Part shown: positions 1 through 10,620 of the stretch, piece after piece
Layout of the letters: each line of letters begins with the position of its first letter
Numbering within the stretch: position 1 is the first letter of the stretch
From: a virus
Length of the DNA: 64,000 bases
Reading direction: 5' to 3' (one strand)
Virus record (IMG/VR): IMGVR_UViG_3300010158_000051
Span: 1-64,000 of that record
Made by a program: the position numbers and the translations under genes
Notes under the pieces: generated by a model
Database searches by the model: none
Seen by the model: the letters and a program-made list of their open reading frames with translations, nothing else
Told to the model about the DNA's origin: nothing

Positions 1-831
1 ACAAACGCAGCTGCAACTTTCTCAAAGGTTTCTTTGACAACACGCAAGCTTCGTCTTGACTGGGAACTCTCATCAGAGTCTCTTGAAGACAATATTGAGG
101 GTCCAGATCTAGAAGACCACATTGCACGTCTTATGGCTACCCAGGCTGGTAACGATATCGAGGATGTTCTCATCAACGGTACAGGAACTAGCACAGGTTT
201 GCTTTCAGCGTTCAAGGGCTTCAGAACACTTGCTCTCGCAAATGCACACGTTGTGGATGCTGCAGGACTAGGACTTGACAAGGCTGTGTTTAACATGGCA
301 ATCAAGACTATGCCTCGTAAGTATAAGCAACGTCGTAACCAACTTCGATTCTTCTCAGGATCAAACTTGGTACAAGATTATTTGTACAACCTAACTGCTA
401 ACGCAGGCAACGGCAATCCATTTGATATCGCTTCTGGCGTAATTCGTGGAGATGTTGCTGCTAACGATGGCGGTCCAGGTACTGTAACACCATTCGCATT
501 TGGTATTCCAGTAATTAACGTTCCATTGATGGACGAGACTCGTGCAGGAGACTATTCAAGCCCAAGCGGTTTGCATGGTGATCTACACTTGACTTTCCCT
601 CAGAACTTTATTATTGGTATCAAGCGTGATGTTACTGTTTATCGTCTGTTCCAGCCAAAGAAGGATACAATTGAGTACACTCTCTTTATTCGTGTTGGTT
701 GCCAGGTCGAAAACTTCGATGCACACGTAATCGTAAAGAACATTAAGGTCTCAGGATCAACAGGTACATCATTTGGTTCCGTAACACACGGATCAAACGT
801 AACTGGTGGCTCAGGAACTTACACATACTAA
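1..831 (+). CDS. Major capsid protein (HK97-like), 5'-truncated by the window edge
   Basis: Frame is open from base 1 (TNAAATFSKVSLTTRKLRLDWELSSESLEDNIEG...). Sequence is capsid-like and is followed by a terminator and head-tail genes. Confidence 0.9.
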   Translation, partial: TNAAATFSKVSLTTRKLRLDWELSSESLEDNIEGPDLEDHIARLMATQAGNDIEDVLINGTGTSTGLLSAFKGFRTLALANAHVVDAAGLGLDKAVFNMAIKTMPRKYKQRRNQLRFFSGSNLVQDYLYNLTANAGNGNPFDIASGVIRGDVAANDGGPGTVTPFAFGIPVINVPLMDETRAGDYSSPSGLHGDLHLTFPQNFIIGIKRDVTVYRLFQPKKDTIEYTLFIRVGCQVENFDAHVIVKNIKVSGSTGTSFGSVTHGSNVTGGSGTYTY

Positions 832-851
832 TATTTATTAGTTGCAAGATT

Positions 852-877
852 GGGGGGATTACTTCGGTAGTCCCCTT
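852..877 (+). terminator. Intrinsic terminator after the capsid gene
   Basis: Hairpin GGGGATTAC-TTCG-GTAGTCCCC followed by a T-rich stretch. Confidence 0.75.
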
Positions 878-922
878 AATCATTTTCTGCTATAATTAAA
901 TCACATTAACGAGAGGAAGATA

Positions 923-1321
923 ATGTCATTTTCAGATTTAAAAATAAGCGAGTTAAAAAAGGCAGCCGAGTCATTTGGAGTAGATCTTGATGGATCTAAG
1001 ACAAAAACAGAGATTGTAGCACTTCTTGAAGAAGAAGGCATCACTTATCAAATGTATGAAAAGTTTACCAATACTGAAAAGCAAGAAATTGAAATTTCAG
1101 AAGTAGAAAAGAAACAGAGAGAGAAAAAGATTATGAAAACTGAAAACTCAGTACTAGTAAAGATGGAAAGAGATAACTTCTCTTACCAAGCAATGGGTCA
1201 TGCTTTTACACAACAGCACCCATTTGTAGCTATGTCAGAATCAGATGCACAACGTATTTTTGATACACAAGATGGATTTAGACTTGCGACTCCAAGAGAG
1301 GCTCAAGAATTCTACGCATAA
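923..1321 (+). CDS. Hypothetical head-region protein with an N-terminal Rho_N/HeH-like helical domain
   Basis: N-terminus FSDLKISELKKAAESFGVDL..KTKTEIVALL; RBS GAGGA; TGCTATAAT at 888-896. Confidence 0.6.
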   Translation: MSFSDLKISELKKAAESFGVDLDGSKTKTEIVALLEEEGITYQMYEKFTNTEKQEIEISEVEKKQREKKIMKTENSVLVKMERDNFSYQAMGHAFTQQHPFVAMSESDAQRIFDTQDGFRLATPREAQEFYA

Positions 1322-1335
1322 CGGAGGCGTTTTAA

Positions 1336-2286
1336 TTGCAAAATATAGTCAAGGGAAGTAAGCAAAAGATATACCTTAATGTATACAACGATGGGGTCTT
1401 AACACAGGCAACAGCAGTACCAACCTTGAGCGTATATGATGCAGATAGCGATACCATTGCGTTAACTGGATATTCCAGTATTACAGTAACAGACGAGAAC
1501 GCTGCTGGGGTTTATTCTTATACAATGACCCCAGCACTTACTCAAATTAATAGAGTTTTAAAATTTGTTTGGTCATATGCACTAAGCGGTGTTGCTACAT
1601 CAGAAACTCAGTTTTATGCAGTAGAAACACAATATTCAAGCGTAAGTGAGATTCAAGACTTTCTAGGTCTAGGAACAAGCCCGTCAGAAATTAATTACAA
1701 AAACCCTAAAGAAATTGAAGCAGCTGAAAAAGTTGCAAGAACAATTATTGATGGATATACAGGGCAAAAGTTTATTCAATATTATGGTCAGCAAGAGCAA
1801 TTTGGTTTTGGATCAGATGCTATTGAACTTGTTGAAAAGATGCTTACAGTAGATAAAGTCTGGGAAAACGATGAATTGCTAATTGACAATACAGTAACCC
1901 CAGTTTATAACAATTTTGGGTTCCCGCTGGAATTAAGTCCTACAAAGAAAGCAATTAGAATTATCAATGTAGGCTGGGACCTTAGATACGATAATCAAGT
2001 AGACCCAACTGCAATGGGTAACGGTAGATTTAGAGATGGCTCAAGATACAAGTTTGAAGGCTTAGTTGGATGGAAATACGTTCCAGAAGACATTAAAATT
2101 GCTTCAATGCTTCTTGTTGGGGACATATTGGCCAATGATTATAATTGGCGTAACAAGTACCTTAAAAAGGTAAACCTTTCAGAAATTTCATTTGAAATGG
2201 CGGGAGGAGCATTTAACGGTACGGGTAATGTGACTGTGGATAATATCCTTGATCAATACCGCAACGTTAATATTGTAATCATTTAA
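1336..2286 (+). CDS. Head-to-tail adaptor
   Basis: YSSVSEIQDFLG and GWKYVPEDIKIASMLLV motifs typical of adaptors; position after the capsid gene. Confidence 0.75.
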   Translation: MQNIVKGSKQKIYLNVYNDGVLTQATAVPTLSVYDADSDTIALTGYSSITVTDENAAGVYSYTMTPALTQINRVLKFVWSYALSGVATSETQFYAVETQYSSVSEIQDFLGLGTSPSEINYKNPKEIEAAEKVARTIIDGYTGQKFIQYYGQQEQFGFGSDAIELVEKMLTVDKVWENDELLIDNTVTPVYNNFGFPLELSPTKKAIRIINVGWDLRYDNQVDPTAMGNGRFRDGSRYKFEGLVGWKYVPEDIKIASMLLVGDILANDYNWRNKYLKKVNLSEISFEMAGGAFNGTGNVTVDNILDQYRNVNIVII

Positions 2287-2747
2287 TGTTTAATACATCA
2301 ATCATTGCATCAATTATGAACATGACCGCTCAAGTTTACGGTCAACAAAATGTACAGGATACAGATACTGGAGCAATATCCAGACAATGGGTGTACAAGA
2401 AAACTATTCAATGCAAGATTGAGCCTATTCAAGCAAGAGGCACAAATACAAAAGGCGACAATAAAACTTTTGACACTTCAGATAATGCAGGTGGAGGTTA
2501 TGATGAAGGCTTTCAGCTTAAACTAAAAACTCTTGAACTACTTAGTAAGCGTTGGAGAGTTGCATATGTTAGGTCAAGTGACGGACAACAAGTGTTTGTT
2601 GAAATTGATAAGATTGATCAGCCAGATACCATTTTTGAAGTAACATCCTCACACGCAGTCTTAGACCCATTTGGAAGAGTTTCTTATTATGAAAGTACAA
2701 TCCACAGGGTAAAGGTCCAAGACAATGATAAAACTATCAATAAGTAA
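2286..2747 (+). CDS. Head-tail stopper/closure protein
   Basis: Synteny, size and beta-rich sequence. Confidence 0.6.
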   Translation: MFNTSIIASIMNMTAQVYGQQNVQDTDTGAISRQWVYKKTIQCKIEPIQARGTNTKGDNKTFDTSDNAGGGYDEGFQLKLKTLELLSKRWRVAYVRSSDGQQVFVEIDKIDQPDTIFEVTSSHAVLDPFGRVSYYESTIHRVKVQDNDKTINK

Positions 2748-3456
2748 GCAAAGTGTTGATGCTTTAAATAGAGAAATTGATCTCAAAGTTAAAGCTATTG
2801 GTCATATGACCCAACCAGATTTTTTAAATGAAGTTTCAAAAGCTGTATTTGTTATATTGGGTGAAAGATTTGTTTTAGCGGTAGATAGATTTTCTGTAAC
2901 AAATCCAAAAAGAATGCACCACATATATGAATGGAACAAAGTTGGATCCCCATCAGCAAGACTTTTTGTTTTAAATAAAGCAATATTGGTAAGTGGATCT
3001 ATGACTATTAAGACAGAATTTAAACCATCAAAAACTCCCGTTCCAATTAACCCAGAACTTCTTTTGCCTGGGGCTACAGGAAAAGTAGTAAGCAAAAAAA
3101 ATGTATTTAGAGATAAAGCTCAAGTAATGGAAGAAGGAAGAGCGGTTCACTATCAAGCAAAAAAGATGCTTGCATTTATGGGCTCAGACCTAGGTATAAA
3201 ATTTATACAGCCTGGAACCACAGTAAATATTAATAATCCAGGCGGGAAATACGTAAAAGGCTCTTTGGCTACTTTCATGTCTGCTTGGTATAATAAGAAT
3301 GCTCAAACAATTATAGATTCTTCTGGACTATATGAAAGAATAGCTAATGAAACAGCTAGGGTTTTGTCTAAGAATAATGCGGGTATTGCAGATGTAAAAG
3401 CTGTTACCCAGCAAGTTGTAAATTCAATTGTTGCAGGCAGGGAGATAATTAAATGA
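2725..3456 (+). CDS. Putative neck/tail-completion protein
   Basis: Lies between the stopper and the tail terminator. Confidence 0.45.
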   Translation: MIKLSISKQSVDALNREIDLKVKAIGHMTQPDFLNEVSKAVFVILGERFVLAVDRFSVTNPKRMHHIYEWNKVGSPSARLFVLNKAILVSGSMTIKTEFKPSKTPVPINPELLLPGATGKVVSKKNVFRDKAQVMEEGRAVHYQAKKMLAFMGSDLGIKFIQPGTTVNINNPGGKYVKGSLATFMSAWYNKNAQTIIDSSGLYERIANETARVLSKNNAGIADVKAVTQQVVNSIVAGREIIK

Positions 3457-3968
3457 CAGCAGACTACAAGTATGTGGCATCATACGATATCCGTAAAACG
3501 CTTTTAAACGAGCTTATAGCCAAGGGTATTATTGACCTTAATGATTACCTAGCAGATGGCTTTACACAGCCTCTACAGCCTATTATACCCGCACAGCAGG
3601 TACCAGAATTTAATAACATGCTTCCAGGAAAGACATTCGTAATCTATGATATTACTCAAAGTCATGGTGTTACCCAATGGTGGATGAGCGAAGACGTTAT
3701 AACATTTGATATTGTTTCAAGAGATCCTGCCGAGATTCAGACAATCATTAACATTGCTACGGACCTATTTAGAAGATATGACGATTCAGCAAGAGAGATT
3801 AACTTGTCTTTAATATCTTCAAGCCCATATACATACCACTACTTTAAGGTAGAATCAGCAGATCCCGTTCAAGCTTTTGCAAATGAAGGCGGGTTTATGA
3901 ATGGTATGCTTTCAGTAAGATACGCCTACACGAGAGAACTAGATCCAGTTACAGGTAGATACGCATAA
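3453..3968 (+). CDS. Putative tail terminator
   Basis: Immediately upstream of the major tail gene; 171 aa; ATGA overlap with the previous gene. Confidence 0.55.
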   Translation: MTADYKYVASYDIRKTLLNELIAKGIIDLNDYLADGFTQPLQPIIPAQQVPEFNNMLPGKTFVIYDITQSHGVTQWWMSEDVITFDIVSRDPAEIQTIINIATDLFRRYDDSAREINLSLISSSPYTYHYFKVESADPVQAFANEGGFMNGMLSVRYAYTRELDPVTGRYA

Positions 3969-4072
3969 AAGTTTGATTTATTTGACTTCGATGCTATGAT
4001 TTTACATGAGGAAGTAAATATGTCATCTTTTTTAGATTTTTAATCTAATTAAAATAAGGTGGTGAAATAAAA

Positions 4073-4825
4073 ATGGCTACAAATACAAAAAATGTTATTG
4101 TCGGTGCAGCATCTCTCTTCATAAGCTCTCAAGAAGACGAATCTAGACCAGCAACTACAAACGCAATTATTACAGGTACAACAGCAAATGGTGGTTTTCT
4201 AACTTCAGGTGCTTCAGCTCGTACAGGTTTGCTTGCAACAGGTTCTAAGTACCGTGAAGTTGGTTACACTAACTCAGGTCTAGAAATTTCTTACGAGCCT
4301 AACTACGGTGAAGTAATGGTTGACCAGTTGCTAGACGCAGCAAAGTTATTTAAGCAAACACTTAAAGTTACGCTTAAGACAGAATTAGTAGAAGCAACTC
4401 TTGACAATCTTACTCTTTCATGGGGTCAGATGGATACATACTATGTAAACCAAACAGGAAGCTCAATTACTGCAGTTAACTCTCTTGCTGATACAACACC
4501 AGTTGGTGGATCAGAAGTTGGTTCAACTTTGAACATGGCAGCAGGTGCTCTCGGAGATGCTCCAGTAGAGCGTACTCTTGTTGCAATCGGTAATGCTCCA
4601 GCTCAGGTTAAGAACCTTACTCCAACTTCATCTGCTCTACGCAATAAGGAGCGTGTATATATTGCACGTCGTGTTGTTTCTATGGATACAACTGCTCACG
4701 GACTAAAGCGTGATTCAGCTACAGTATTCCCAGTAAGCTTCCGTTGCCTACCAGATGACTCAAATGCTGCTTATGCAGGTGCTGAGTATGGTGTCGTAAT
4801 TGATCGTGTGTGGGGAACTAACTAA
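4073..4825 (+). CDS. Major tail (tube) protein
   Basis: NVIVGAASLF...VGYTNSGLEISYEPNYGEVMVDQLLD motif; followed by a terminator and tail chaperones. Confidence 0.85.
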   Translation: MATNTKNVIVGAASLFISSQEDESRPATTNAIITGTTANGGFLTSGASARTGLLATGSKYREVGYTNSGLEISYEPNYGEVMVDQLLDAAKLFKQTLKVTLKTELVEATLDNLTLSWGQMDTYYVNQTGSSITAVNSLADTTPVGGSEVGSTLNMAAGALGDAPVERTLVAIGNAPAQVKNLTPTSSALRNKERVYIARRVVSMDTTAHGLKRDSATVFPVSFRCLPDDSNAAYAGAEYGVVIDRVWGTN

Positions 4826-4860
4826 CTAGGATAAAACCTGTTAACAATTTAATAATATTC

Positions 4861-4887
4861 AGGCCCCGTCAGAAATGACGGGGCTTT
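4861..4887 (+). terminator. Intrinsic terminator
   Basis: AGGCCCCGTCA-GAAA-TGACGGGGCTTT. Confidence 0.8.
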
Positions 4888-4943
4888 GAATTTGTGTATG
4901 CTGATTCTATTGGTATAATTTAACTAAACAAAGGAGCTATAAA

Positions 4944-5285
4944 TTGGCAACAACAGTATACGATGTAGTAGAAATAGAACTTTCAAATGGTGAGCAGATC
5001 ACTTTAAAACCGCTTCCTATTAAGAAGTTAAGAGAGTTCATGGAACTCATTAAAAAGATGGATATGCCAGAAAATGCATCTGAAGACGCAGCTATGGATA
5101 TCTTTATTGACGGTGCAATGCTATGCATTAGCGGACTGTACCCAGACTCACCTTTAGGTAAAGATAAAGACAAGTTTGAAGACGTTGTAGAAATTCCAAC
5201 CATGATGAAGATTCTAGAAATCGCTGGTGGATTGAAACTAACAGACCCAAACCTTCTGGGAGCGGCACTAGTTGGGACGAACTAG
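4944..5285 (+). CDS. Tail assembly chaperone (gpG-like)
   Basis: Between the major tail and tape measure genes; TTG start with AAGGAG RBS. Confidence 0.8.
   Translation: MATTVYDVVEIELSNGEQITLKPLPIKKLREFMELIKKMDMPENASEDAAMDIFIDGAMLCISGLYPDSPLGKDKDKFEDVVEIPTMMKILEIAGGLKLTDPNLLGAALVGTN
5246..5252 (+). other. -1 programmed ribosomal frameshift slippery site C CCA AAC
   Basis: In-frame X XXY YYZ heptamer; the -1 frame is open from here to the stop at 5584. Confidence 0.75.
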
Positions 5286-5584
5286 ACCTACGCTCCCTTG
5301 AGTCCGAAGTTTTTCTACTTGGTCGTTGGAAAAATTATGAGGAATTAGAAAGTAGTTTGTCTTTAGAAGAATTAATGGCAACTATTGAAGCAATTCGTAG
5401 TAAAGATAACAATGATAAAAAGTTTGTCGCAGCGATAAACGGAGTAGATTTAGAAAACAGCAATGAAGAAGTAATAGAAGATGTTACTGATTTAAATTCT
5501 GCAAGAGTTGCACAAAAAGAAGGCTTCGGAATAGGTGAAGGACTTGGCTTTATGCAAATGGGGGAGGATGAATGGCAAGAGTAG
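5252..5584 (+). CDS. Frameshifted C-terminal extension of the tail assembly chaperone (gpGT-like)
   Basis: -1 frame reads PSGSGTSWDELDLRSLESEVFLLGRWKNYEELESSLSLEEL... and includes the ORF-track call 5357..5584. Confidence 0.75.
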   Translation, partial: PSGSGTSWDELDLRSLESEVFLLGRWKNYEELESSLSLEELMATIEAIRSKDNNDKKFVAAINGVDLENSNEEVIEDVTDLNSARVAQKEGFGIGEGLGFMQMGEDEWQE

Positions 5585-8500
5585 AACTTAATATAGTTGC
5601 CCTAGGTGACTTTAAATCCGTTAACTCTCAAATCAAAGCACTCCAAGATCAAGTAAACCTTCTTAATAAAAGCGTTGCTAGTGTTGGCGTTAATGCCAAT
5701 CTAACAAAACAATTAAACGAAGCTAACGCTGCTTTTAAAGCAACGCTGCTTTCTACTGGACAATTTACCGCAAGCACGGTTAGACTAAAAGCTGAAACAG
5801 ATAAATTTGGCGAATCTTTAGTTAACGGTAAATTAAAACTTACACAATATTTCCAGATCATAAAGTCTGGAACAACAAACGCAACTGCCCAAATGAAGGC
5901 ACTTGCTATGGAGCAAACAAAGCTTCAAAACTCAATGGTAATGTCAGACCCTACAAAACAAGGTGTTCTTTCTGTATTTACCCCAACAAAAATTAATGCT
6001 GTAGCCAACGCTACCAAGATTGCAGCAAATACTCAAAATCTTTACAATATTGCAGTAGACAAAGGAACACAGTCTCTTATTAACTGGGGTAAGAATACTC
6101 AGTGGGCAGGTCGTCAGTTAACAGTAGGTATGACTGTGCCTCTTACAATTTTTGGAACTACAGCAACAAGAATTTTTCAAGAAGTTAATGATGAAATTGT
6201 AAGATTGCAAAAGGTTTACGGCACTGGAATCCAGCAGCCAACACAAGCGGCATTAGCAGCAATTAAGCAACAAGTTCTTGCTCTTTCAAAAGAGTTAGCA
6301 GCAGGCATGGGTGTTGCAGTAAAAGATACTGCAGCTATGGCAGCAGATTTAGCTGCTACTGGATTGCAAGGTAATGACCTTATTGGTGCAACAAGAGAAT
6401 CAATTCGTTTACAAAAGCTTGGCGAAATGGATCAACAGTCAGCAATGCAAACAACTATTTCTTTGCAAAACGTTTATAAGCTAAGCACAAATCAATTGTC
6501 TGGTGCAATTGACTTTCTTAACGCAGTTGAAAACCAAACGTCAACAAGCATGCAAGATTTAGCAGCAGGTATTCCAAAGGTTGGACCTATTGTTCAACAA
6601 CTTGGCGGATCTTTTAAAGACACAGCACTCATGATGGTTGCAATGAAAGAAGCGGGAGTTCCAGCAGCTCAATCAGCAAACGCAATTAAATCAGCTTTGG
6701 CATCACTTATTAACCCAACTAAAGCAGCAAAAGATGCCTTTGCTGCATACAACATAGACCTATCATCAATTGCTACGAAGACTGGCGGAAATCCCGTACA
6801 AATGATTATGATGCTTCAAGATGCATTAAAAGGCTTGCAACCACTTGCACAAGCTCAATTAATTGAAAAACTTTTTGGAAAGTTTCAAGAAGCAAGAATT
6901 CAAGCACTTATTACAAACTTAGGTGCAGTTAACAGTCAAACTAAACAAGCATTTGATTTGATGAATGCTTCAGAATCACAACTAAAGGGAATTGCAGCAG
7001 GAGAATTAAAAACCGCTACAGAATCAACGACTGGAAAATTTAGAAGAGCAGTTGAAACTATGAAAGCAGATCTGTTGCCTGTTGGTGAAAAGATTATGCA
7101 AGTTGCTACAACTTTGCTTAACTTTGGTAATAGTGTTGCAAAAGTATTTGGCGGATTGCCAGGACCAGTAAAAACAGTACTTGGAATTGTAGCAGCTGGC
7201 GTTGCATTATCTGGTCCTATTATTATGTTTACTGGTGTACTTGCTAACTTTGTTGGATATTTAATCAAGGGTCTATTCTCAATGAAAGATCTTATTAATG
7301 GAACTAAAACATTTGGTCAATTATTTACGCCAGAGATTATTGCATCTCAAAATGCAGCACAACTATTTAGTCAAAAGATTTTGCAAGATGAGTCTGCAGT
7401 AATGCTTCTTAATAAAGCAGTAAGAGAACTTACAGTTAGCCTTGAAGGAATGGCTGTAGGTATGGCAGCAGCATCTGGAAGTGGCATGGCAGCAAAACTT
7501 CTTGCAGCAGAAGCTGGACTTGCAGGCGGAAGAATTCCATTTAAGGGGCCAAAGATGGCATCTGGGGGAATTGTTCCAGGTAGCCCTTCCGCAGGAGATG
7601 TTTATCCTGCACTTTTGATGGGCGGGGAATCAGTAATTCCTACAGCACAAACACAAAAGTATGCACCATTTATTACTGCAATGATTAATGGAACACTTCC
7701 TCAACATGGCGATGGAGTAACTCCAGGTGGATCAAGTAGACCTTCATCTGCATTTACACAAGCTGAAAGAGTGTATGGAGCAATGCCAGGTGTAAGAGAT
7801 ACACAGCTTGGTATTATTGCTAGAGAAATTGCTGCTATGAGAGCAGCTGGAATGTCCATATCTAGCAAATCTGAAAAAGAAATGATGTTTGGAAACATCT
7901 CACATATTGCTCCAAGAGAAGGTGCAATGCCAAAAGACTGGACAGATTACTCAAAGATGTATGCTTTGACAGCTCCAGAAAATCAATCACTTAATCTTTT
8001 GACACGACCTAATAGCAAAAACAATGTTGCAGCATTTGGCAAATCAATGGAAAATGCTATTGCAACTATGGTTGACGAAGGATTTAGTGAAACAGAACTA
8101 AGAGCTTCTGGTAAAAAAATATTAGCTGGACAACAACCAATTGAAAAATTAGAAATGAAGTTATTTAAGGCAGCATTAGATGATCTTGATAAAAGAGTCA
8201 CAAGCGGAGAATTAAAACCAGGAAAAAATTTTGGATCTAGAACCTTGCCTTGGGTTAAGAGTGCTTCAGCAATAACGGGTGCAAGATTAGCTGGAGAACT
8301 TCCAATGGCAGAAAAAATGAGATTAGATCAAATAGTAGCATCTACTACTTCCTCACCTCAACCATTTGCTAATTCACCACAATTTCAACCAAAAATTGAT
8401 TTGTCTGGGCCATCAGGAAGTAATGCTAGAAGTAGCGGAAGTTATACAAGAACACACAATCTTATTCTTGACAAAATTAAAAGAGAAGAAGAATTAGCAA

Positions 8501-10620
8501 AAGAATTAAATATTGCATCAGAGTCTAAATCTCCATCAAAAGCAACAAAACGTGCTGCTAAAAATATGGTTGATGGTGTTACAGAAGGAATTAAAGAGTC
8601 AAGACCAAAAGTTAGAGCAGCTGCTAATGTTGCTATGGAAGAAGCATTGCTTGCAAATGCGGGTGGTGGAGAATATACAAATCTTGCTACTGAAACAGAA
8701 CCAGGCCTAGCAGCAGTATCAAGATCTGGTGGAAGGTTTGATAAATTTAATGCAGCAAGAATGGCTGCAAGAGCAAAACTTCAATCAAGAATGCCTAAAA
8801 TGATGACTGGAAGATTCAGCGGAATTGGCATGGGTCTTGGATTGCAAATGGCACAACAGTTTGGCGGACAATATGTAGATAAACTTCCTGGTGGAGATAT
8901 TGCAAACTCTGCTATATCTGGTGCAAGCATGGGAGCATTTTTAGGTCCAGAAGCTGCTGTGGCAGGTGCAGCATTAGGAGGACTAGCAGCAGTAATAAAA
9001 AGAACAGCAGAAGATACTAGAATTGCATCAAATACATTACAATCCTCATTTAGCGTAAGTTCGGTAGCAGTACAACATTTTGGATTACAAGCAAATAATT
9101 TATCACAATTTGATTTTTCTAGTACTTTGTCAAATGTTAAATCTCACGCATCAGCAATAGCAGAAAATAAAGCTGCAGTTGACAAGCTAACATTAGCTTA
9201 TATGAATGCTTCAGATCAAATGACAAAAGATTATATAACTGAAGTTAAAAATTCAAACCCTCAAGAATTAACAAAATTAATGCAACAAAAATATGCATCA
9301 GATGTTGCTGCTGGAATGGGGCCAAAAAAAGATGCTAAAACTGGAGTAGTAACAGATAAAGCAAAAGAAGATGTAATTGCTATAATGCAAGCTGCTGGAA
9401 AAAATAACATTGCTCAAAATGAAGCTTTATCAAAATTGCCAAATTATGGCGTTGATGAAAAAACAACAGCAAGAGGTTTTACTAGTGCTTTAACACATGC
9501 AGCAAATGATATACCAAAGGGTACATGGAAAAGATTTTTACCAGGCGGAACAGTTGACGATACAATTGAACAACAAAACAAAGCTGTTGGAGTTGCAATA
9601 ACAAGCGTAGCAACAACATTGCCTTCAAATGTTAAAGCAGCAATATCTGGATTAAGCCCTACAGTTGTTTCTGAAATTAATAAATCAAAATTAGCTTTTA
9701 CGGATTGGATGGGAGCACTTAAAAAAGATTCTCCGACATTAGCAAAATATTTAGAAAATGCAGTAAAAATGAAAGATGCAAATGGAAAAACAGCATATTC
9801 AACACTTGATCTTGTTAAAGCAGTTTCATTATTAAATTCTGGAGTAGTAAAAACTCCAGAAGAGCTAGATAAAATTTTAAAGAAATTTGGAACATTAGAA
9901 ACATTATTTAATAGTAAAGAAGCTCAATCATATACTGGAATTACTCCTACAACAAACAATCTAAATTTTCACGCAGATGGCTCTCCTTTAAGTGCTGAAG
10001 AAATTGCTGCCAATAAAGCATCTGCTCTTCAAAAGAAATATAAGCCATTACTTGATTTAGAGAATAAAAGAATAACCGCACTAGAACGACAAAAGAAATT
10101 AATGGATGATCAAAATACTGCCGCTCAAGATGCAATTAGTTATGCTACTCAACAGACAGATATTCAAAATCAAATTAGAAAAGCTATGGCTGGTGGAGAT
10201 TATCTTCAAGCTAACCTGCTTCGTCAACAGCTAGCGGGTAATGCTGACAAATATAATCAAACAAAAATATCAAATGAAAATACTGCAACAATTGATAAAG
10301 GTCGCCAGTTAGTTGCTGATGCTCAAGAAAAACTATCAAGCGGTAAAGATCTTACAAAAGCAGAAGTTACAGCACTTAAAAATTATAACCCTAAGCTTGG
10401 AACATACAATGTTGGTTCTGTTAATATGCCTTCGGCTGTTCAATATGGAACCGCCGCATCAATGGGCTCTGGAGCAGGTGCTCAGCCAATAGTAAACATG
10501 GTATTTAACGATACTGGCAAGTTTACACAAGAACAATTACAGGCTATAGTAGATAATGCATTTAAGAAAAATGGAGTAACTGCTAATATGTCAGGTGTAA
10601 AAAGTAAGGTGGGTGGATAA
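5572..10620 (+). CDS. Tape measure protein
   Basis: 1682 aa, Ala/Gln-rich and helical, TP901-type core, directly after the chaperones. Confidence 0.92.
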   Translation: MARVELNIVALGDFKSVNSQIKALQDQVNLLNKSVASVGVNANLTKQLNEANAAFKATLLSTGQFTASTVRLKAETDKFGESLVNGKLKLTQYFQIIKSGTTNATAQMKALAMEQTKLQNSMVMSDPTKQGVLSVFTPTKINAVANATKIAANTQNLYNIAVDKGTQSLINWGKNTQWAGRQLTVGMTVPLTIFGTTATRIFQEVNDEIVRLQKVYGTGIQQPTQAALAAIKQQVLALSKELAAGMGVAVKDTAAMAADLAATGLQGNDLIGATRESIRLQKLGEMDQQSAMQTTISLQNVYKLSTNQLSGAIDFLNAVENQTSTSMQDLAAGIPKVGPIVQQLGGSFKDTALMMVAMKEAGVPAAQSANAIKSALASLINPTKAAKDAFAAYNIDLSSIATKTGGNPVQMIMMLQDALKGLQPLAQAQLIEKLFGKFQEARIQALITNLGAVNSQTKQAFDLMNASESQLKGIAAGELKTATESTTGKFRRAVETMKADLLPVGEKIMQVATTLLNFGNSVAKVFGGLPGPVKTVLGIVAAGVALSGPIIMFTGVLANFVGYLIKGLFSMKDLINGTKTFGQLFTPEIIASQNAAQLFSQKILQDESAVMLLNKAVRELTVSLEGMAVGMAAASGSGMAAKLLAAEAGLAGGRIPFKGPKMASGGIVPGSPSAGDVYPALLMGGESVIPTAQTQKYAPFITAMINGTLPQHGDGVTPGGSSRPSSAFTQAERVYGAMPGVRDTQLGIIAREIAAMRAAGMSISSKSEKEMMFGNISHIAPREGAMPKDWTDYSKMYALTAPENQSLNLLTRPNSKNNVAAFGKSMENAIATMVDEGFSETELRASGKKILAGQQPIEKLEMKLFKAALDDLDKRVTSGELKPGKNFGSRTLPWVKSASAITGARLAGELPMAEKMRLDQIVASTTSSPQPFANSPQFQPKIDLSGPSGSNARSSGSYTRTHNLILDKIKREEELAKELNIASESKSPSKATKRAAKNMVDGVTEGIKESRPKVRAAANVAMEEALLANAGGGEYTNLATETEPGLAAVSRSGGRFDKFNAARMAARAKLQSRMPKMMTGRFSGIGMGLGLQMAQQFGGQYVDKLPGGDIANSAISGASMGAFLGPEAAVAGAALGGLAAVIKRTAEDTRIASNTLQSSFSVSSVAVQHFGLQANNLSQFDFSSTLSNVKSHASAIAENKAAVDKLTLAYMNASDQMTKDYITEVKNSNPQELTKLMQQKYASDVAAGMGPKKDAKTGVVTDKAKEDVIAIMQAAGKNNIAQNEALSKLPNYGVDEKTTARGFTSALTHAANDIPKGTWKRFLPGGTVDDTIEQQNKAVGVAITSVATTLPSNVKAAISGLSPTVVSEINKSKLAFTDWMGALKKDSPTLAKYLENAVKMKDANGKTAYSTLDLVKAVSLLNSGVVKTPEELDKILKKFGTLETLFNSKEAQSYTGITPTTNNLNFHADGSPLSAEEIAANKASALQKKYKPLLDLENKRITALERQKKLMDDQNTAAQDAISYATQQTDIQNQIRKAMAGGDYLQANLLRQQLAGNADKYNQTKISNENTATIDKGRQLVADAQEKLSSGKDLTKAEVTALKNYNPKLGTYNVGSVNMPSAVQYGTAASMGSGAGAQPIVNMVFNDTGKFTQEQLQAIVDNAFKKNGVTANMSGVKSKVGG

